Origin: Nitrospinaceae bacterium
GTDB lineage: Bacteria > Nitrospinota > Nitrospinia > Nitrospinales > VA-1
Length of the DNA: 35,924 nt
Assembly: GCA_029261675.1 (NCBI GenBank)
Contig: JAJDBA010000309.1
Location: 1-35,924 of the forward strand
Direction of reading: 5' to 3'
Part shown: one piece after another, positions 35,525-35,924 of the stretch
Numbering within the stretch: the stretch's first letter is position 1
Layout: each line of letters opens with the position of its first letter
The notes under the pieces: model-generated
What the model was told of the DNA's origin: nothing
What the model saw: only the letters and a program-made list of their open reading frames with translations
Database searches by the model: none
Program-made: the position numbers and the translations under genes

Positions 35525-35924
35525 TTGGAAACACCTTTCTATCAGGTCGACGTTTTTTCCGATGAACTATTTGGAGGCAATCCATTAGCCGTATTTTTAC
35601 GCGGTGAAGATTTCAAAGAGCCACAGTTTCAGCAGGTCGCGAGGGAAATGAACTTGTCTGAAACCACGTTCGTTCTCCCCTCTTCTCATCCCGACGCAGA
35701 TTTCGATGTCAGAATATTTACTCCGGAAAAGGAAATCCCTTTTGCCGGTCACCCTACTTTGGGCACGGCTTTTGTTTTGCGCCATGCGGGTTTGATTCCT
35801 GCAACACAAGACCATTTACGTTTGAATTTTAAGGCCGGGGTGATTCCAGTCGATTTGCAAGAAGATGGTAAAGTTTTTATGACTCAGCCACTGGGAAACA
35901 TATTGCAGACCTTTCCCAATCCGG
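35525..35924 (+). CDS. PhzF-family isomerase (partial, runs off the window)
   Basis: Not in the ORF track. TTG start after AAGGA; translates METPFYQVDVFSDELFGGNPLAVF...AREMNLSETTFV...VRIFTPEKEIPFAGHPTLGTA, the PhzF/DAP-epimerase-fold signature. Confidence 0.93.
   Translation, partial: METPFYQVDVFSDELFGGNPLAVFLRGEDFKEPQFQQVAREMNLSETTFVLPSSHPDADFDVRIFTPEKEIPFAGHPTLGTAFVLRHAGLIPATQDHLRLNFKAGVIPVDLQEDGKVFMTQPLGNILQTFPNP

Noticed and set aside
977-35815. Numerous short ORFs in the track that lie antisense or out of frame inside long genes (e.g. 977-1288, 7398-7925, 26879-27385, 35597-35815)
   Set aside because: They are shadows of well-supported genes with no recognisable motifs. 35597-35815 is antisense to the PhzF-family gene.
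23233-35924. Complete phenazine gene cluster (PabB-like + AsnB + PhzF)
   Set aside because: The genes are about 9 kb apart on different strands, and phzA/B, D and G are absent from the window. Kept only as a low-interest note.
1-35924. CRISPR arrays, tRNA/rRNA genes, transposases
   Set aside because: No spaced direct repeats, cloverleaf or rRNA-like sequence, or transposase motifs were seen, and the intergenic spaces are short.

Overview
AT-rich bacterial chromosomal window, densely coding and mostly housekeeping. Gene content resembles marine Nitrospinota or deltaproteobacteria-like genomes; this is an impression, not a search result. In order it holds: (1) a pyrR-pyrB-pyrC-carA-hypothetical-carB operon with a promoter, PyrR-binding RNA and attenuator terminator; (2) a divergent membrane-anchored NB-ARC/TPR (STAND) protein with degenerate NTPase motifs; (3) ferredoxin, class B DnaJ, a TPR lipoprotein, a thioredoxin-like protein, a small unknown ORF and a MAF/MptE-like protein; (4) a bioF-esterase-bioC cluster interrupted by a histidine kinase whose input domain looks like an inactivated DUF429 (RNase H-like) nuclease; (5) DUF1566, pabB/pabC-like genes, a TolC-MFP-ABC (MacAB-like) exporter, a MerR-HTH/receiver regulator and a split transketolase; (6) a XerCD dif-like site at 32527-32554 where KOPS-like octamers switch polarity, suggesting the replication terminus; (7) an NDT/TIR-like gene right after dif, then asnB and a truncated PhzF-family gene that the ORF track missed. 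The best candidates for new biology are the pseudo-nuclease-GAF-kinase, the effector-less membrane STAND protein and the dif-adjacent cargo gene.
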